Shown here: in pieces, positions 9,363 through 18,513 of the stretch | Numbering within the stretch: the first letter of the stretch is position 1 | Layout of the letters: every line of letters starts with the position of its first letter | Assembly: GCA_963723855.1 (NCBI GenBank) | Contig: CAVRSI010000013.1 | Coordinates: 166,196 to 230,195, forward strand | Direction: 5' to 3' | Length of the DNA: 64,000 nt | Source: an uncultured Actinomycetes bacterium | GTDB lineage: Bacteria > Actinomycetota > UBA4738 > HRBIN12 | Notes under the pieces: model-generated | Seen by the model: the letters and a program-made list of their open reading frames with translations, nothing else | The model's database searches: none | Told to the model about the DNA's origin: nothing | Translations under genes and position numbers: made by a program

Positions 9363-10669
9363 GCCACGTGTTCCCGCGGGTGCTCAACCGGACGCTGCCC
9401 ACGGCTGTTTCCGCGGAGGGCGCTTGGATCGTCGACGCGGACGGGAAGCGTTACCTGGACGGCGCCGGCGGTGCGATCGTGATCGGGGTCGGGCACGGCG
9501 ATCGAGCGCTCATCGACGCCGCGACGGCACAGCTCAACACCACCCAGTACGTCCACGGCACGATGTTCACGACCGAGGCGGTCGAACGCTACGCGGACGA
9601 GCTCGCGCCCTACCTCCCCATGGACGACCCGCGCATCTATCCGGTATCGGGCGGAAGCGAGGCGGTCGAGACCGCGATCAAGATGGCGCGCGCGTACCAC
9701 CTGGCTCGCGGCGACGACGTCCGCTCGACGATCATCGCCCGGCGGAGCTCGTACCACGGCAACACGCTCGGCGCGCTCGATGCGAGCGGGAAGGAACCGA
9801 TCCGCAAGCCCTACACGGCCTGGCTCGGGCGGTTCCTGCATGCGCCGGCCGCCTACGAGTACCGATGCGGCAACCCGCAGCACCCCGAAGGATGTGGCGC
9901 CTGGCACGCCTCGGAGCTCGAGCGGATGATCTCGCTCGCCGGCGCGGACAGCGTCGCGGCGTTCATCGCCGAGCCGGTGGGCGGGGCGACGCTCGCGGGC
10001 GCCGTTCCCACCGACGACTACTGGCCGGCGGTCGTCGAGGTCTGCCGCAGGCACGGCGTGCTCGTGATCGCGGACGAGGTCATGACCGGGTTCGGACGGA
10101 TCGGACGGTGGTTCGGGGTGGACCACTGGAACGTTCGACCCGACATCCTCACGGCCGGGAAGGGAACGACGAGCGGCTACGTGCCGTTCGGGTTCGCCGC
10201 GGCGAGCGGCGAGGTCTTCGACACGATCGCGACGACGGGGTTCGTCCATGGGTTCACGTGGTCGCACAACGCGCTCGGCGCGGCGGTCGGACGCGCGGTG
10301 ATCCGCCGGCTCGCCGAGGGAGGCTTGATCGACCGGAGCGCGGACCTGGGGGAACGGATCCGCAAGGACCTCACCGTTGCGCTCGACGGTGATCCATCCG
10401 TGGGGGACGTGCGGGGGATCGGCATGTTGATCGGCGTCGAGCTCGTGCGAGACCGGGAGACGAAGGATCCGTTCCCGCGCACGGAACACGTGAGCGAGCG
10501 GGTGGTCGGCGCCGCGCGGGATGCCGGACTCCTGCTCTACTCGAGCACGGGTCACGTGGACGGGACGAACGGAGACCTGGTGATGGTCGGGCCGCCGTTC
10601 GTCTTGACCGACGACGACGCCACCCTGTTGGTGGAGCTGACCGCGGCCGCGATCCGCTCGCTGCGGTGA
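9359..10669 (+). CDS. Class-III aminotransferase (omega-transaminase-like)
   Basis: 436 aa. Contains VSGGSEAVETAIKMARAYH, IADEVMTGFGRIGRWFG and AGKGTTSGYVP. Confidence 0.88.
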   Translation: MSHVFPRVLNRTLPTAVSAEGAWIVDADGKRYLDGAGGAIVIGVGHGDRALIDAATAQLNTTQYVHGTMFTTEAVERYADELAPYLPMDDPRIYPVSGGSEAVETAIKMARAYHLARGDDVRSTIIARRSSYHGNTLGALDASGKEPIRKPYTAWLGRFLHAPAAYEYRCGNPQHPEGCGAWHASELERMISLAGADSVAAFIAEPVGGATLAGAVPTDDYWPAVVEVCRRHGVLVIADEVMTGFGRIGRWFGVDHWNVRPDILTAGKGTTSGYVPFGFAAASGEVFDTIATTGFVHGFTWSHNALGAAVGRAVIRRLAEGGLIDRSADLGERIRKDLTVALDGDPSVGDVRGIGMLIGVELVRDRETKDPFPRTEHVSERVVGAARDAGLLLYSSTGHVDGTNGDLVMVGPPFVLTDDDATLLVELTAAAIRSLR

Positions 10670-11811
10670 GCGAGCATGTCGGCCTCGTGCTCTGCCCCGA
10701 GGCCAGGATCTACGATCATGGTCCGCAGCATCCGCTGCGACCCCAGCGCGTCCTGTTCACCTGGGATCTGATCCGCGCGCTCGAGCTGGATGAGCTGCCC
10801 AACGTCGAGCGGCTCCGCAGCACCGACCCGGCGGACGACGCCACGATCGAGCTCGTGCACACGCCGGCGTACGTGGACGCGACGCGTCAAGCGGGCCACG
10901 GTGGATCGGGCGACTGGGCCCGGTTCGGGTACGGGCCGGGTGACAACCCGATCTTCGACCGGATGCACGAAGCCGGGGCGCTCGTGGTGGGTGCCAGCGT
11001 GATGGCGGCGCACGCCGTCTGGTCCGGTGACGTGGAGCATGCGTTCAACGCCGCCGGTGGCCTGCACCACGCGATGCCGGAACGCGCGTCGGGCTTCTGC
11101 GTCTACGACGATCCCGCCGTCGCCATCGCCTGGTTGCTCGAAGCCGGAGCCGAACGGATCGCCTACGTCGACGTCGACGTGCATCACGGCGACGGCGTGC
11201 AGTTCATCTTCTACGATGACCCGCGCGTGCTGACCATCTCGATCCACGAGTACGCGCCGTGGTTCTTCCCCGGCACGGGCGCCATCACCGAGCGAGGCGG
11301 CCCCGCGGCGATGGGGAGCGCGGTCAACATCCCTCTGCCACCGTTCACCGGCGACGACGCTTGGCTCGAGGCCTTCCGATCGATCGTCCCTCCGCTGGTC
11401 CGACGGTTCGCGCCTGACGTGTTGGTGACGCAGCTCGGATGCGACACGCACGCGACCGACCCGCTCGCGCAGATGCAGCTCACGATGCGGGCGTACCGAG
11501 AGACCGCGAAGGAGCTGCACACCCTCGCGCACGAGGTGGCGGAGGGCCGATGGGTGGCCACCGGCGGCGGGGGATACCAATGGGCGCGCGTGGTCCCGCG
11601 GGCCTGGACGATCGCGTTCGCCGAGATGGCGGACGCGGAGCTGCCCGACCAGCTCCCCGAGGGCTGGATCGAGCAGGTGGAGTTCGAGATCCGCGGCGCG
11701 GTTCCGACGACGTTCGCGGACCCTTCGATGGGTGCGGGCGACGGCGACGACGGGGCACGCGCGGTTGCGGCCCAGGTGCGCGCCATGGTCGGTCTCGAGG
11801 GGTCCGAGTGA
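10666..11811 (+). CDS. Histone-deacetylase-family protein (acetoin utilisation AcuC-like)
   Basis: 381 aa. Contains HPLRPQRV, GGLHHAMPERASGFCVYDD and DVDVHHGDGVQ, the zinc-deacetylase signature. Confidence 0.85.
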   Translation: MSEHVGLVLCPEARIYDHGPQHPLRPQRVLFTWDLIRALELDELPNVERLRSTDPADDATIELVHTPAYVDATRQAGHGGSGDWARFGYGPGDNPIFDRMHEAGALVVGASVMAAHAVWSGDVEHAFNAAGGLHHAMPERASGFCVYDDPAVAIAWLLEAGAERIAYVDVDVHHGDGVQFIFYDDPRVLTISIHEYAPWFFPGTGAITERGGPAAMGSAVNIPLPPFTGDDAWLEAFRSIVPPLVRRFAPDVLVTQLGCDTHATDPLAQMQLTMRAYRETAKELHTLAHEVAEGRWVATGGGGYQWARVVPRAWTIAFAEMADAELPDQLPEGWIEQVEFEIRGAVPTTFADPSMGAGDGDDGARAVAAQVRAMVGLEGSE

Positions 11812-13223
11812 CGACGCGGACCAAGCTCGTGTGCACGCTGGGTCCGGCGACGAATACGCCGAAGTTCATCCGCGGGCTGGTCACTGCGGGCGCGACGATC
11901 TTCCGCATCAACTTCTCCCACGGCACGCCCGCCGATCATGCGCGGGCGGTCGAGCTCGTGCGGGCCACCGAGGCGAAGCTCGACCGGGCCCTGGCCGTGA
12001 TGGCCGACCTCCCGGGACCGAAGGTGCGCCTGGGCGTCGTCCACCCCGACGCGTTGAAGCTCACGCCCGGGCAGGCCTTCGCGTTGCGGCCGGACGGAGA
12101 GGGAGGCCGGGACGGCTCGTCGACGACCTATCCGGGACTGGCACGCGACATGCGGGTGGGGGACCGGATCCTGTTGGCCGACGGAGCGGTCGAGCTCACC
12201 GTGTCGGATATCGACGGGTCGATCGTCCGGACGGACTGCGTGCGCGGCGGCACCGTTCGCTCCGGCCAGGGGGTGAACGTCCCCGCCGAACGCCTCAGCC
12301 TGCCGGCGGTCACGGAGCGCGACCGCGAGGGCTTGGTCCGCGCGCTCGATCTGGGCGTCGACCTGGTGGCGCAGTCGTTCGTGCGTGACCCCGACGACGT
12401 GAAGGAGCTGCGTTCGCTGATGGGCGAGCGCGCGGTGCCGATCGTGGCGAAGATCGAAACGAAGCCCGCCGTGGAGCAGATCGAGAAGATCCTGCGCGTC
12501 ACGGACGCGGTGATGGTCGCGCGCGGCGACCTGGGCGTGGAGCTTCCGATGGAACAGGTCCCGCTGCTCCAGAAGGATCTCCTGCGCGCTGCCCGGGGGG
12601 CCTCGCGACCGGCGATCGTCGCCACCCAGATGCTGGAGTCGATGATCCGAGCGCCCAGGCCCACGCGCGCCGAGGCCACCGACGTCGCGAACGCGGTCCT
12701 GGACGGCGCGGACGGCATCATGCTCTCGGGCGAGACGGCGATCGGCCGGTTCCCGTTCGAGGCCGCCGCGGCCGCCGCTCGGATCGCCGAGGCCGTCGAA
12801 TCGCGCGGGGCCGAGTATCGGGCGGCGCAACCGGCGTGCCGCCACACCGGCGAAGGGCCGGCGGTCGCGCATGCGGCGGCGGCGGTCGCCACCGAGGATC
12901 GCGACGTGGTCGCCATCACGTGCTACACGGAGACGGGCCGGACGGCGCGGCTGCTGTCCGCGGAGCGTCCGGGTTGTCCGGTGTACGCGTTCATCCCGGA
13001 CGAGAAGGTCCGGCGGGCGAACGCCGTACAGTGGGGGGTGATCCCGCTGCCGTCGCGCAAGCCGGCCGACACCGACGAGATGATCGCGTTGATGGACGAG
13101 GGACTGCAGGCGTTCGGGCTCGCGAAGCCGGGGGACGCCGTCGTCATGGCGGCGGCATCGCCCGCCGGCAAGACCACCACGAACATGCTGAAGATCCACC
13201 GGGTCGGATCGCCCGTCCGCTGA
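11808..13223 (+). CDS. pyk: Pyruvate kinase
   Basis: GTG at 11808 overlaps the upstream stop (GTGA). Contains TKLVCTLGPAT, FRINFSHG, MVARGDLGVELP and MLSGETA. 471 aa. Confidence 0.93.
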   Translation: MTTRTKLVCTLGPATNTPKFIRGLVTAGATIFRINFSHGTPADHARAVELVRATEAKLDRALAVMADLPGPKVRLGVVHPDALKLTPGQAFALRPDGEGGRDGSSTTYPGLARDMRVGDRILLADGAVELTVSDIDGSIVRTDCVRGGTVRSGQGVNVPAERLSLPAVTERDREGLVRALDLGVDLVAQSFVRDPDDVKELRSLMGERAVPIVAKIETKPAVEQIEKILRVTDAVMVARGDLGVELPMEQVPLLQKDLLRAARGASRPAIVATQMLESMIRAPRPTRAEATDVANAVLDGADGIMLSGETAIGRFPFEAAAAAARIAEAVESRGAEYRAAQPACRHTGEGPAVAHAAAAVATEDRDVVAITCYTETGRTARLLSAERPGCPVYAFIPDEKVRRANAVQWGVIPLPSRKPADTDEMIALMDEGLQAFGLAKPGDAVVMAAASPAGKTTTNMLKIHRVGSPVR

Positions 13224-13269
13224 CCAGCGACGCGGGACGGGGAACGAGGACCGACGGAGGAGAGCGTAT

Positions 13270-13461
13270 GTGGAGTGGACCAGGGCTCGGAGGCAACGCG
13301 TTCCCGGCCGTCCCGAGGGCGAACCCTCGAACCGCATCGAGGAGCAGGAGCTCGAGGAGGCAGGGCACCGGCACGTCGAGGATGAGGCGATGCACGCGCA
13401 GCATACGCACCGCACCGGCTTCTTCTCCCGGTTGTTCCGTCGCCACCGGTCGGACAACTAG
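13270..13461 (+). CDS. Hypothetical 63-aa protein
   Basis: GTG-initiated ORF with high third-position GC. GGAGGA lies a few nt upstream. No homology recognised. Confidence 0.3.
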   Translation: MEWTRARRQRVPGRPEGEPSNRIEEQELEEAGHRHVEDEAMHAQHTHRTGFFSRLFRRHRSDN

Positions 13462-13476
13462 TCCGATCCGGACTAG
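13458..13476. terminator. Perfect 8-bp-stem palindrome between convergent genes (possible bidirectional terminator)
   Basis: The sequence is CTAGTCCG-ATC-CGGACTAG. It contains the stop codons of both convergent ORFs (TAG at 13459-13461 on +, CTA at 13473-13475 on -). There is no U-tract. Confidence 0.25.
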
Positions 13477-13952
13477 CCAGGGTCCAGGGCCCTCACGATC
13501 GCGTCGACCAGCCAGGTGAGGTACCCGTAGAGCGCGAACGTCGACGCACGGGGGTCACCGGCGGCGAAGTCGTCCTCGGTGGTCTCCTCGGTGATCTCCA
13601 ATCGCGTCCCGAGCACCAACCGCAGGTCGTTCAGCACGCCCAACCACGACAGGAGCTGATCTTCGCTGAGGAGGTCCGCGTCGATCGAGCGTTCCATGTC
13701 CTTGATCGACGACAGGCGCTGCGACGTCAGATCGTCGCCCGCCATCCGCTCGAACTCTAGGTTGCGGATGGGATCGTCTTCGTACGCGGGCGGATAGAGC
13801 CGCGCCATGGCGGGGTCGCTCGTCGGGTCCTCGTTCTCGATCAGGTTCCGCAGTTGATCCGGCAACCCGCGCAGGATGGTGCGTTCATCGGGGGTCAGTC
13901 GGAGCTCGAAATCGCCGCGACGGGTGCGCTTGACCGGTCCACCGCGTGCCAC
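13473..13952 (-). CDS. DUF2017 domain protein
   Basis: 159 aa, immediately downstream of clpS, which is the usual actinobacterial arrangement. Contains RLYPPAY.DDP and a LNDLRLVLGT-type core. Confidence 0.75.
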   Translation of the reverse strand: MARGGPVKRTRRGDFELRLTPDERTILRGLPDQLRNLIENEDPTSDPAMARLYPPAYEDDPIRNLEFERMAGDDLTSQRLSSIKDMERSIDADLLSEDQLLSWLGVLNDLRLVLGTRLEITEETTEDDFAAGDPRASTFALYGYLTWLVDAIVRALDPG

Positions 13953-13955
13953 GCC

Positions 13956-14264
13956 TCAGGCGTCTTTCTGCATCGTTGCCCACAAGCCGTGTGCGTGCAG
14001 CCGCGCGACGTCGAACTCGGCCTTCTCGCGGGTGCCGTTCGACACGACCGCCTTGCCTTTCGTGTGGACGTCCATCATCAGCTTCTCGGCTTTGGTGCGC
14101 GGGTATCCGAAGAGCTTCTGCAGCACCCAGGTGACGTACGACATGAGGTTCACGGGGTCGTTCCACACGATGACCACCCACGGGGGATCCGGCTCGGGGA
14201 CATCGTCGCTCGCGGGGCGATCGATCCTGCTGGGAGCCGTGATCGTCTCGGCGGAGATGTTCAT
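13956..14264 (-). CDS. clpS: ATP-dependent Clp protease adaptor ClpS
   Basis: ATG (cat at 14262-14264). 102 aa containing [47 protein letters not shown]. Confidence 0.9.
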   Translation of the reverse strand: MNISAETITAPSRIDRPASDDVPEPDPPWVVIVWNDPVNLMSYVTWVLQKLFGYPRTKAEKLMMDVHTKGKAVVSNGTREKAEFDVARLHAHGLWATMQKDA

Positions 14265-14725
14265 CGCTTCGGGTTGCGGCCCGCCAACTCGTCGATGGTG
14301 CGTCTCACGCGACGTGCGCGGGTCTCGTCCCTCTTCGCCTCCTTGATGTAGCCGACGAGCTCTCGCCGGTGCGACGGGGCGAGGTTCTTCCACGTCACCG
14401 CCGCGACCGGGTCCGCCCGCAACGCCGTCGCGAGGATCTCCGGCGGCGTGTCGTCGCCGCGGGGTTCGCTGTCGAGCGACATGACGACCGCGACGCTGTC
14501 GCCGATCGACAGTTCGAGCGCGTCGACGTTCGCTTTGTGCACGCCGAGGAAGAACGTTTGGCCCATCTTCACCACGTTGCTCCGGAACGGGTGGCCGTTG
14601 AGCGAGCCGGCCACGCGCGACATGTGCGTGGCACCGAGCGAGGTCACGCATGCCCCGTCCACCGCGATCGCGTGCCCGCCTCCACGAGCCGCGAGCAGCT
14701 CACCGTCGAACGCGATCTCGGTCAT
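14261..14725 (-). CDS. DUF1905 / YdeI-family protein
   Basis: Inner ATG (cat at 14723-14725) gives 154 aa: [23 protein letters not shown] ... [29 protein letters not shown]. Confidence 0.65.
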   Translation of the reverse strand: MTEIAFDGELLAARGGGHAIAVDGACVTSLGATHMSRVAGSLNGHPFRSNVVKMGQTFFLGVHKANVDALELSIGDSVAVVMSLDSEPRGDDTPPEILATALRADPVAAVTWKNLAPSHRRELVGYIKEAKRDETRARRVRRTIDELAGRNPKR

Positions 14726-15516
14726 CCGTCCGCCGCCTTCGTTCCCTTGAGGCCCATGTCCCGGCCCTTTCGCACCCCCCAACGGTACAGCGGGGGCGTG
14801 AGCACGCGGAACGCCTGCAGCGGGCTGATGTATCGCGGGACGGACAGCTCGGGCGCGATGTCCTCGCGGACCACCCGGACGACCGCACCGGCCACGCGGT
14901 CCAGCGTGAGGATCATGCGAGGGTCCATGCCCACCAGCGGGAAGCTCTCGGTCCTGACGAACCCCGGGTTCACGGCGGTGACGAGGACGCCCTGGTCCTC
15001 CACCTCGTAGAACAGCGATTCCGAGAACGCGACCACCGCGTGCTTCGAGGCGCCGTACACGGCCGCGCCCGGCGTGGCGAAGCGTCCGGCGAGCGACGCG
15101 ACGTTCACGATGTGGCCGTGCCCGCGCTTCAGCATCCCGGGGAGGAACGCCCGGGTCCCGTACATCACGCCGAGGACGTTCACCTGGATGATGGCGTCGA
15201 TCTGCTGATACGTGAGGTCCGCGAACGTCCCGCCGCCGGGCACGCCGGCGTTGTTCACCAGGATGTCGCACGGACCGAACGCCTCCTTCACGACCACGGG
15301 CAGTGACGTGAGCTGCTCTCGGTCCGTCACGTCGCAACGGACGGCGAGGGCCGTGCCGCCGGCGCGTTCGATCCGATCGGCCAGGACGTCGAGCCGGTCC
15401 TTGCGGCGCGCGGCAAGCACGACCTTCGCTCCTCGCTGCGCGAGGGCCACGGCGACCGCCTCCCCGATCCCGGACGACGCGCCGGTCACGACCGCGACCG
15501 AGCCCTTCAGTTGCAC
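14722..15516 (-). CDS. SDR-family oxidoreductase
   Basis: GTG start (cac at 15514-15516). Contains VAVVTGASSGIGEA, NNAG and YGASKHAV. 264 aa. Confidence 0.88.
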   Translation of the reverse strand: MQLKGSVAVVTGASSGIGEAVAVALAQRGAKVVLAARRKDRLDVLADRIERAGGTALAVRCDVTDREQLTSLPVVVKEAFGPCDILVNNAGVPGGGTFADLTYQQIDAIIQVNVLGVMYGTRAFLPGMLKRGHGHIVNVASLAGRFATPGAAVYGASKHAVVAFSESLFYEVEDQGVLVTAVNPGFVRTESFPLVGMDPRMILTLDRVAGAVVRVVREDIAPELSVPRYISPLQAFRVLTPPLYRWGVRKGRDMGLKGTKAADG

Positions 15517-15540
15517 GCCTGCTCCTCTACGCTGGGATGG

Positions 15541-16380
15541 ATGGACGTTATCGAAGCGCATGCCCGTCGTCTGCCGATCGTGGACGAACGCTTCACCCCC
15601 CGAAGCTACCCGCGCGACGAGCTCGCGCGCGCGCTCGTGGCGGGGCGGGTGGCGGGCGTGGCCACGCACCCGCTGGACAACGTCCGCCGGAACGCCCGAC
15701 TGCTGCTGGAGGGCGATCCCGACAAGCAGTTCGGCCTGACCGGGTTGCAGGATGGTCTGGCGTTCCCGGACGTGCTCGAGTTGGTGTCTGCCGGCGCAGG
15801 AGTGAGGATCGATCCCGCGAAGGAGCTCGGCGACGTCCTGATAGCCCCCGAGCCGATCCTGGACGCGTGCGAGGCGCTCGGGCGGCGGCTGGCGCTCGCC
15901 GCCGAAGGCGGCGAGCGGGTGCTGATCGCCACCGGTCATCCCGGCGCGCTCGACCTGCTGTACCGCGAGCTCGAGCGGACGCTCGTCGCGCACGGAGGGT
16001 TCGTGATCAAGCCTGCCGACGGCGATTCGTGGCGCGATCCCGGTCTGGAGCACGACTGGTCGATCGGCTACCTCTCGGGGGTCGGGATGCAGACCGACGG
16101 CCGCGTGCCCCGCCACACGCACTGGCCGGACGCGATGCGTCGCATGCTGGCGGCCGAGCGTCCGGACCTGGTGCTCGCCGACCACGGGTTCGCGGGAGCG
16201 GCCATCGAGGCGGGCGTGGAGACGGTGTCCATTGCCGACGTCAACGATCCGGCGCTCCTGGTCGCGAAGGCCCAGGGCCGCACGGAGGTGGTCGTCGTGA
16301 TGGACGATCACGTGGCGGCGGACGCCTACTGGCCCTGCTTCCAGGCCGCCGCGGCCGCGTTCTCCCAGGTCAGCCTGTAG
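15541..16380 (+). CDS. Conserved hypothetical protein (family usually annotated 'phosphatase' in Actinomycetota)
   Basis: ORF track 15511-16380; the ATG at 15541 (MDVIEAH...) is preferred. The function call is from memory of neighbouring-gene annotations only. Confidence 0.5.
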   Translation: MDVIEAHARRLPIVDERFTPRSYPRDELARALVAGRVAGVATHPLDNVRRNARLLLEGDPDKQFGLTGLQDGLAFPDVLELVSAGAGVRIDPAKELGDVLIAPEPILDACEALGRRLALAAEGGERVLIATGHPGALDLLYRELERTLVAHGGFVIKPADGDSWRDPGLEHDWSIGYLSGVGMQTDGRVPRHTHWPDAMRRMLAAERPDLVLADHGFAGAAIEAGVETVSIADVNDPALLVAKAQGRTEVVVVMDDHVAADAYWPCFQAAAAAFSQVSL

Positions 16381-16418
16381 GCACAAGGGAGGGCTATCCG
16401 GCGAGGGCACCCTTCCCC

Positions 16419-16424
16419 TACAAT
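16419..16424 (+). promoter_or_regulatory. Candidate -10 hexamer TACAAT, 9 nt before GTG 16434 (possible leaderless or near-leaderless transcript)
   Basis: TACAAT is seen directly. No convincing -35 element and no SD before the GTG. Confidence 0.25.
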
Positions 16425-16433
16425 CCGCCCATC

Positions 16434-16631
16434 GTGAAGAAGGAACCATTCACCGAGGCTCGGCTGCTGACCGTGAACGAGGTCGCTGACCTCTTGCGCG
16501 TATCCAGGATGACCGTCTACCGGCTGATCAAGACAGGGGAGATGTCCGCCTTCAGGGTGGGAAGGGGCTATCGGCTCCGCGAGGAAGACATCGATAGCTA
16601 CCTGACCGAGCGCTACACCGAGGCCGGATAA
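16434..16631 (+). CDS. Excisionase-family helix-turn-helix DNA-binding protein
   Basis: GTG at 16434, 65 aa. LLTVNEVADLLRVSRMTVYRLIKTGEMSAFRVGRGYRLREEDIDSYL is the excisionase/MerR-like HTH. The same family sits next to bS22 in mycobacteria. Confidence 0.85.
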   Translation: MKKEPFTEARLLTVNEVADLLRVSRMTVYRLIKTGEMSAFRVGRGYRLREEDIDSYLTERYTEAG

Positions 16632-16684
16632 CCGCCAAAGGTATCTGGCAGAGCGCTCTCGCGTACACGCGGCACCGAGCCTCC

Positions 16685-17596
16685 GTGATGAGACGGAGGG
16701 GGTCCGTGAACGAGCACGACCGGCTCGTGGATCGAGCCGCGCGCGACGCCCACACGGTCCTGTTCGTGGGAGGCATCGACGCGGGCAAGAGCACGCTGGC
16801 CCGAGCCGTCTCCGCGTACGCCCTGACGCTCGGTCGCTCCGTCGTCTACATCGATGGGGACCTGGGCCAGAAGACCGTCGGGCCGCCCGGCACGGTGGCC
16901 ATGAAGCGCATCCGTTCGACCGACGACCTCACGTTCGACCGCCTCGCCGACGCCGACGGGTTGTCGTTCGTGGGATCGCTGTCGCCCCAGGGGCACCTGC
17001 TCCCGCTCGTGACGGGGATGGCGAGGCTGCACGACGAGGCACGCGCCGAAGGGACCGACCTGATGGTCGTCGACACGAGCGGGATGGTGTCGGGCATCTA
17101 CGGCCAGCTGGTCAAGTACCACAAGGTGGAGCTTCTCCAGCCCGACCTCGTCGTCGGACTGCAGCGAGGCGAGGAGCTCGCCCCGGTGCTCGGCGTCATC
17201 GAGCGGTTCTTCAGCGTCGACGTCGTCTCACTCGGCGTGCATCCCGCCGTCGAGCCCACGAGCGTGGAACAGCGAGCGGAGCATCGCCAGCAGGCGATGG
17301 CGCGGTACTTCCGTGGCGACCTCAACCGGTTCCGGATCCGGCCCACGGTGTTCATGCCAAGCCTCCCTCCGCTCTTCGACCTGGCGCAGCTCGATCGGCT
17401 GCTCGTCGGCCTCTCCGACGGCAGGGGGGCGTACACGGGCGTGGGCTACCTGGAGTTCGTGCCCGAGGACGGAGCGCTCCGCCTGATATCGCCCGTGGCA
17501 GATCCGCCCAAGGCCCTTAGACTGGGGTCCGTCCGTCTGGAGGAGAGCTATCGCGCCAAGCGCGTCGACCTCCGGAACCTGTTCGGAACCGAGTGA
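16685..17596 (+). CDS. Clp1/Grc3-like P-loop NTPase (putative polynucleotide 5'-kinase)
   Basis: 303 aa. Shows Walker A VGGIDAGKST, then YIDGDLGQ..GPPGT, FVGSLSP, VVDTSGMVSG, PDLVVGL and ARYFRG, in the same motif order as eukaryotic/archaeal Clp1. Confidence 0.7.
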   Translation: MMRRRGSVNEHDRLVDRAARDAHTVLFVGGIDAGKSTLARAVSAYALTLGRSVVYIDGDLGQKTVGPPGTVAMKRIRSTDDLTFDRLADADGLSFVGSLSPQGHLLPLVTGMARLHDEARAEGTDLMVVDTSGMVSGIYGQLVKYHKVELLQPDLVVGLQRGEELAPVLGVIERFFSVDVVSLGVHPAVEPTSVEQRAEHRQQAMARYFRGDLNRFRIRPTVFMPSLPPLFDLAQLDRLLVGLSDGRGAYTGVGYLEFVPEDGALRLISPVADPPKALRLGSVRLEESYRAKRVDLRNLFGTE

Positions 17597-17618
17597 GTCG
17601 ACCGAGAGTGAGGAACGC

Positions 17619-17720
17619 TTGCCGTCGCTGATCAAGAAGCGCCGCAAGAAGATGCGGAAGAAGAAGCACAAGAAGCTTCTGAAGCGCACGCGCCACCAGC
17701 GCATGAAGCTGGGCAAGTAG
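17619..17720 (+). CDS. 30S ribosomal protein bS22
   Basis: Not in the ORF track. TTG start after GAGAGTGAGGAA. Reads (M)PSLIKKRRKKMRKKKHKKLLKRTRHQRMKLGK, 33 aa, near-identical in pattern to mycobacterial bS22. Confidence 0.85.
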   Translation: MPSLIKKRRKKMRKKKHKKLLKRTRHQRMKLGK

Positions 17721-17742
17721 CCGCTCCCGAGGTCCCTGACCC

Positions 17743-18513
17743 GTGCGCCAACCGGCTCGCTCGAGGTTCGGTCTGCTGATCGGCTCGATCCTTGCCGCCT
17801 TGGTGCTCGCACTGCCGGCCTGCCATCAGGCCGAGGCGATCCGTGCGCAGGCGCTCGCCGACTCTCGGGCCGTGTCGTTCGAGTCGATCGACGGCGTGCA
17901 GCTTTCCGGACGGATGTTCGGGCCCGAAGGAGCCACCGCGGGGATCGTGTTGTTGCACATGCTGCCGGCGGATCAGCGTTCGTGGTTCGACTTCGCCGAT
18001 CAGCTGGGCACCCTCGGCTACCGCACCCTGACCTTCGACTTCCGCGGGTACTGCCCCGGCGGCGACGGGGGCTGTTCCGGTGGGAGCAAGGACATCTCCG
18101 CGATCTGGCAGGACGTCGGCGGCGCGGTCGGGCTCCTTCGGACGGAAGGTGTGCGGCGGATCGGGCTGGTCGGGGCGAGCATGGGCGGCACCGCCTCGCT
18201 CGTCTACGCCTCGGAGAGCGGCGTGGACATCGACGCGCTGGTGACCCTTTCGGCGCCGGACGCCATCGAGGGGCTCACGGCGGGTCCGGACGTCCTGCAG
18301 AGCGTGAGCTCGGCGAAGCTATTCCTGGCCGGGAACGGCGACGGGAACGCGGCCGCGACGGCGCAAGCGTTCTACAACGAGAGCGGGCAGCCCAAGCGCG
18401 TCGAGATCCTGCCGACCGCCGATCACGGAACCGACATCCTCGAGGGGAACCAGGGCGAGAACGCCCAGAACCTGATCGTCGGCTGGCTCGGCCAGCACGT
18501 GCCGGTGACATGA
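17743..18513 (+). CDS. Secreted alpha/beta-hydrolase lipoprotein
   Basis: Signal peptide with lipobox (LALPAC). Has a GASMGG nucleophile elbow and a dienelactone-hydrolase-like layout. Confidence 0.75.
   Translation: MRQPARSRFGLLIGSILAALVLALPACHQAEAIRAQALADSRAVSFESIDGVQLSGRMFGPEGATAGIVLLHMLPADQRSWFDFADQLGTLGYRTLTFDFRGYCPGGDGGCSGGSKDISAIWQDVGGAVGLLRTEGVRRIGLVGASMGGTASLVYASESGVDIDALVTLSAPDAIEGLTAGPDVLQSVSSAKLFLAGNGDGNAAATAQAFYNESGQPKRVEILPTADHGTDILEGNQGENAQNLIVGWLGQHVPVT

Noticed and set aside
8309-10555. 748-aa minus-strand ORF antisense to the CoA-transferase B and aminotransferase genes
   Set aside because: It has Arg/Pro/Gly/Asp-rich junk composition with no motifs. It lies opposite two well-supported plus-strand genes. 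This is the typical stop-poor shadow frame of very GC-rich DNA.
11211-13457. 748-aa minus-strand ORF antisense to pyruvate kinase
   Set aside because: Same shadow-frame composition. The pyk frame on the plus strand carries all canonical motifs.
16434-16631. Excisionase-family HTH as a marker of a prophage or integrative element
   Set aside because: No integrase, att-like repeats, tRNA or phage genes are nearby. This family is a conserved chromosomal neighbour of bS22 in Actinomycetota.
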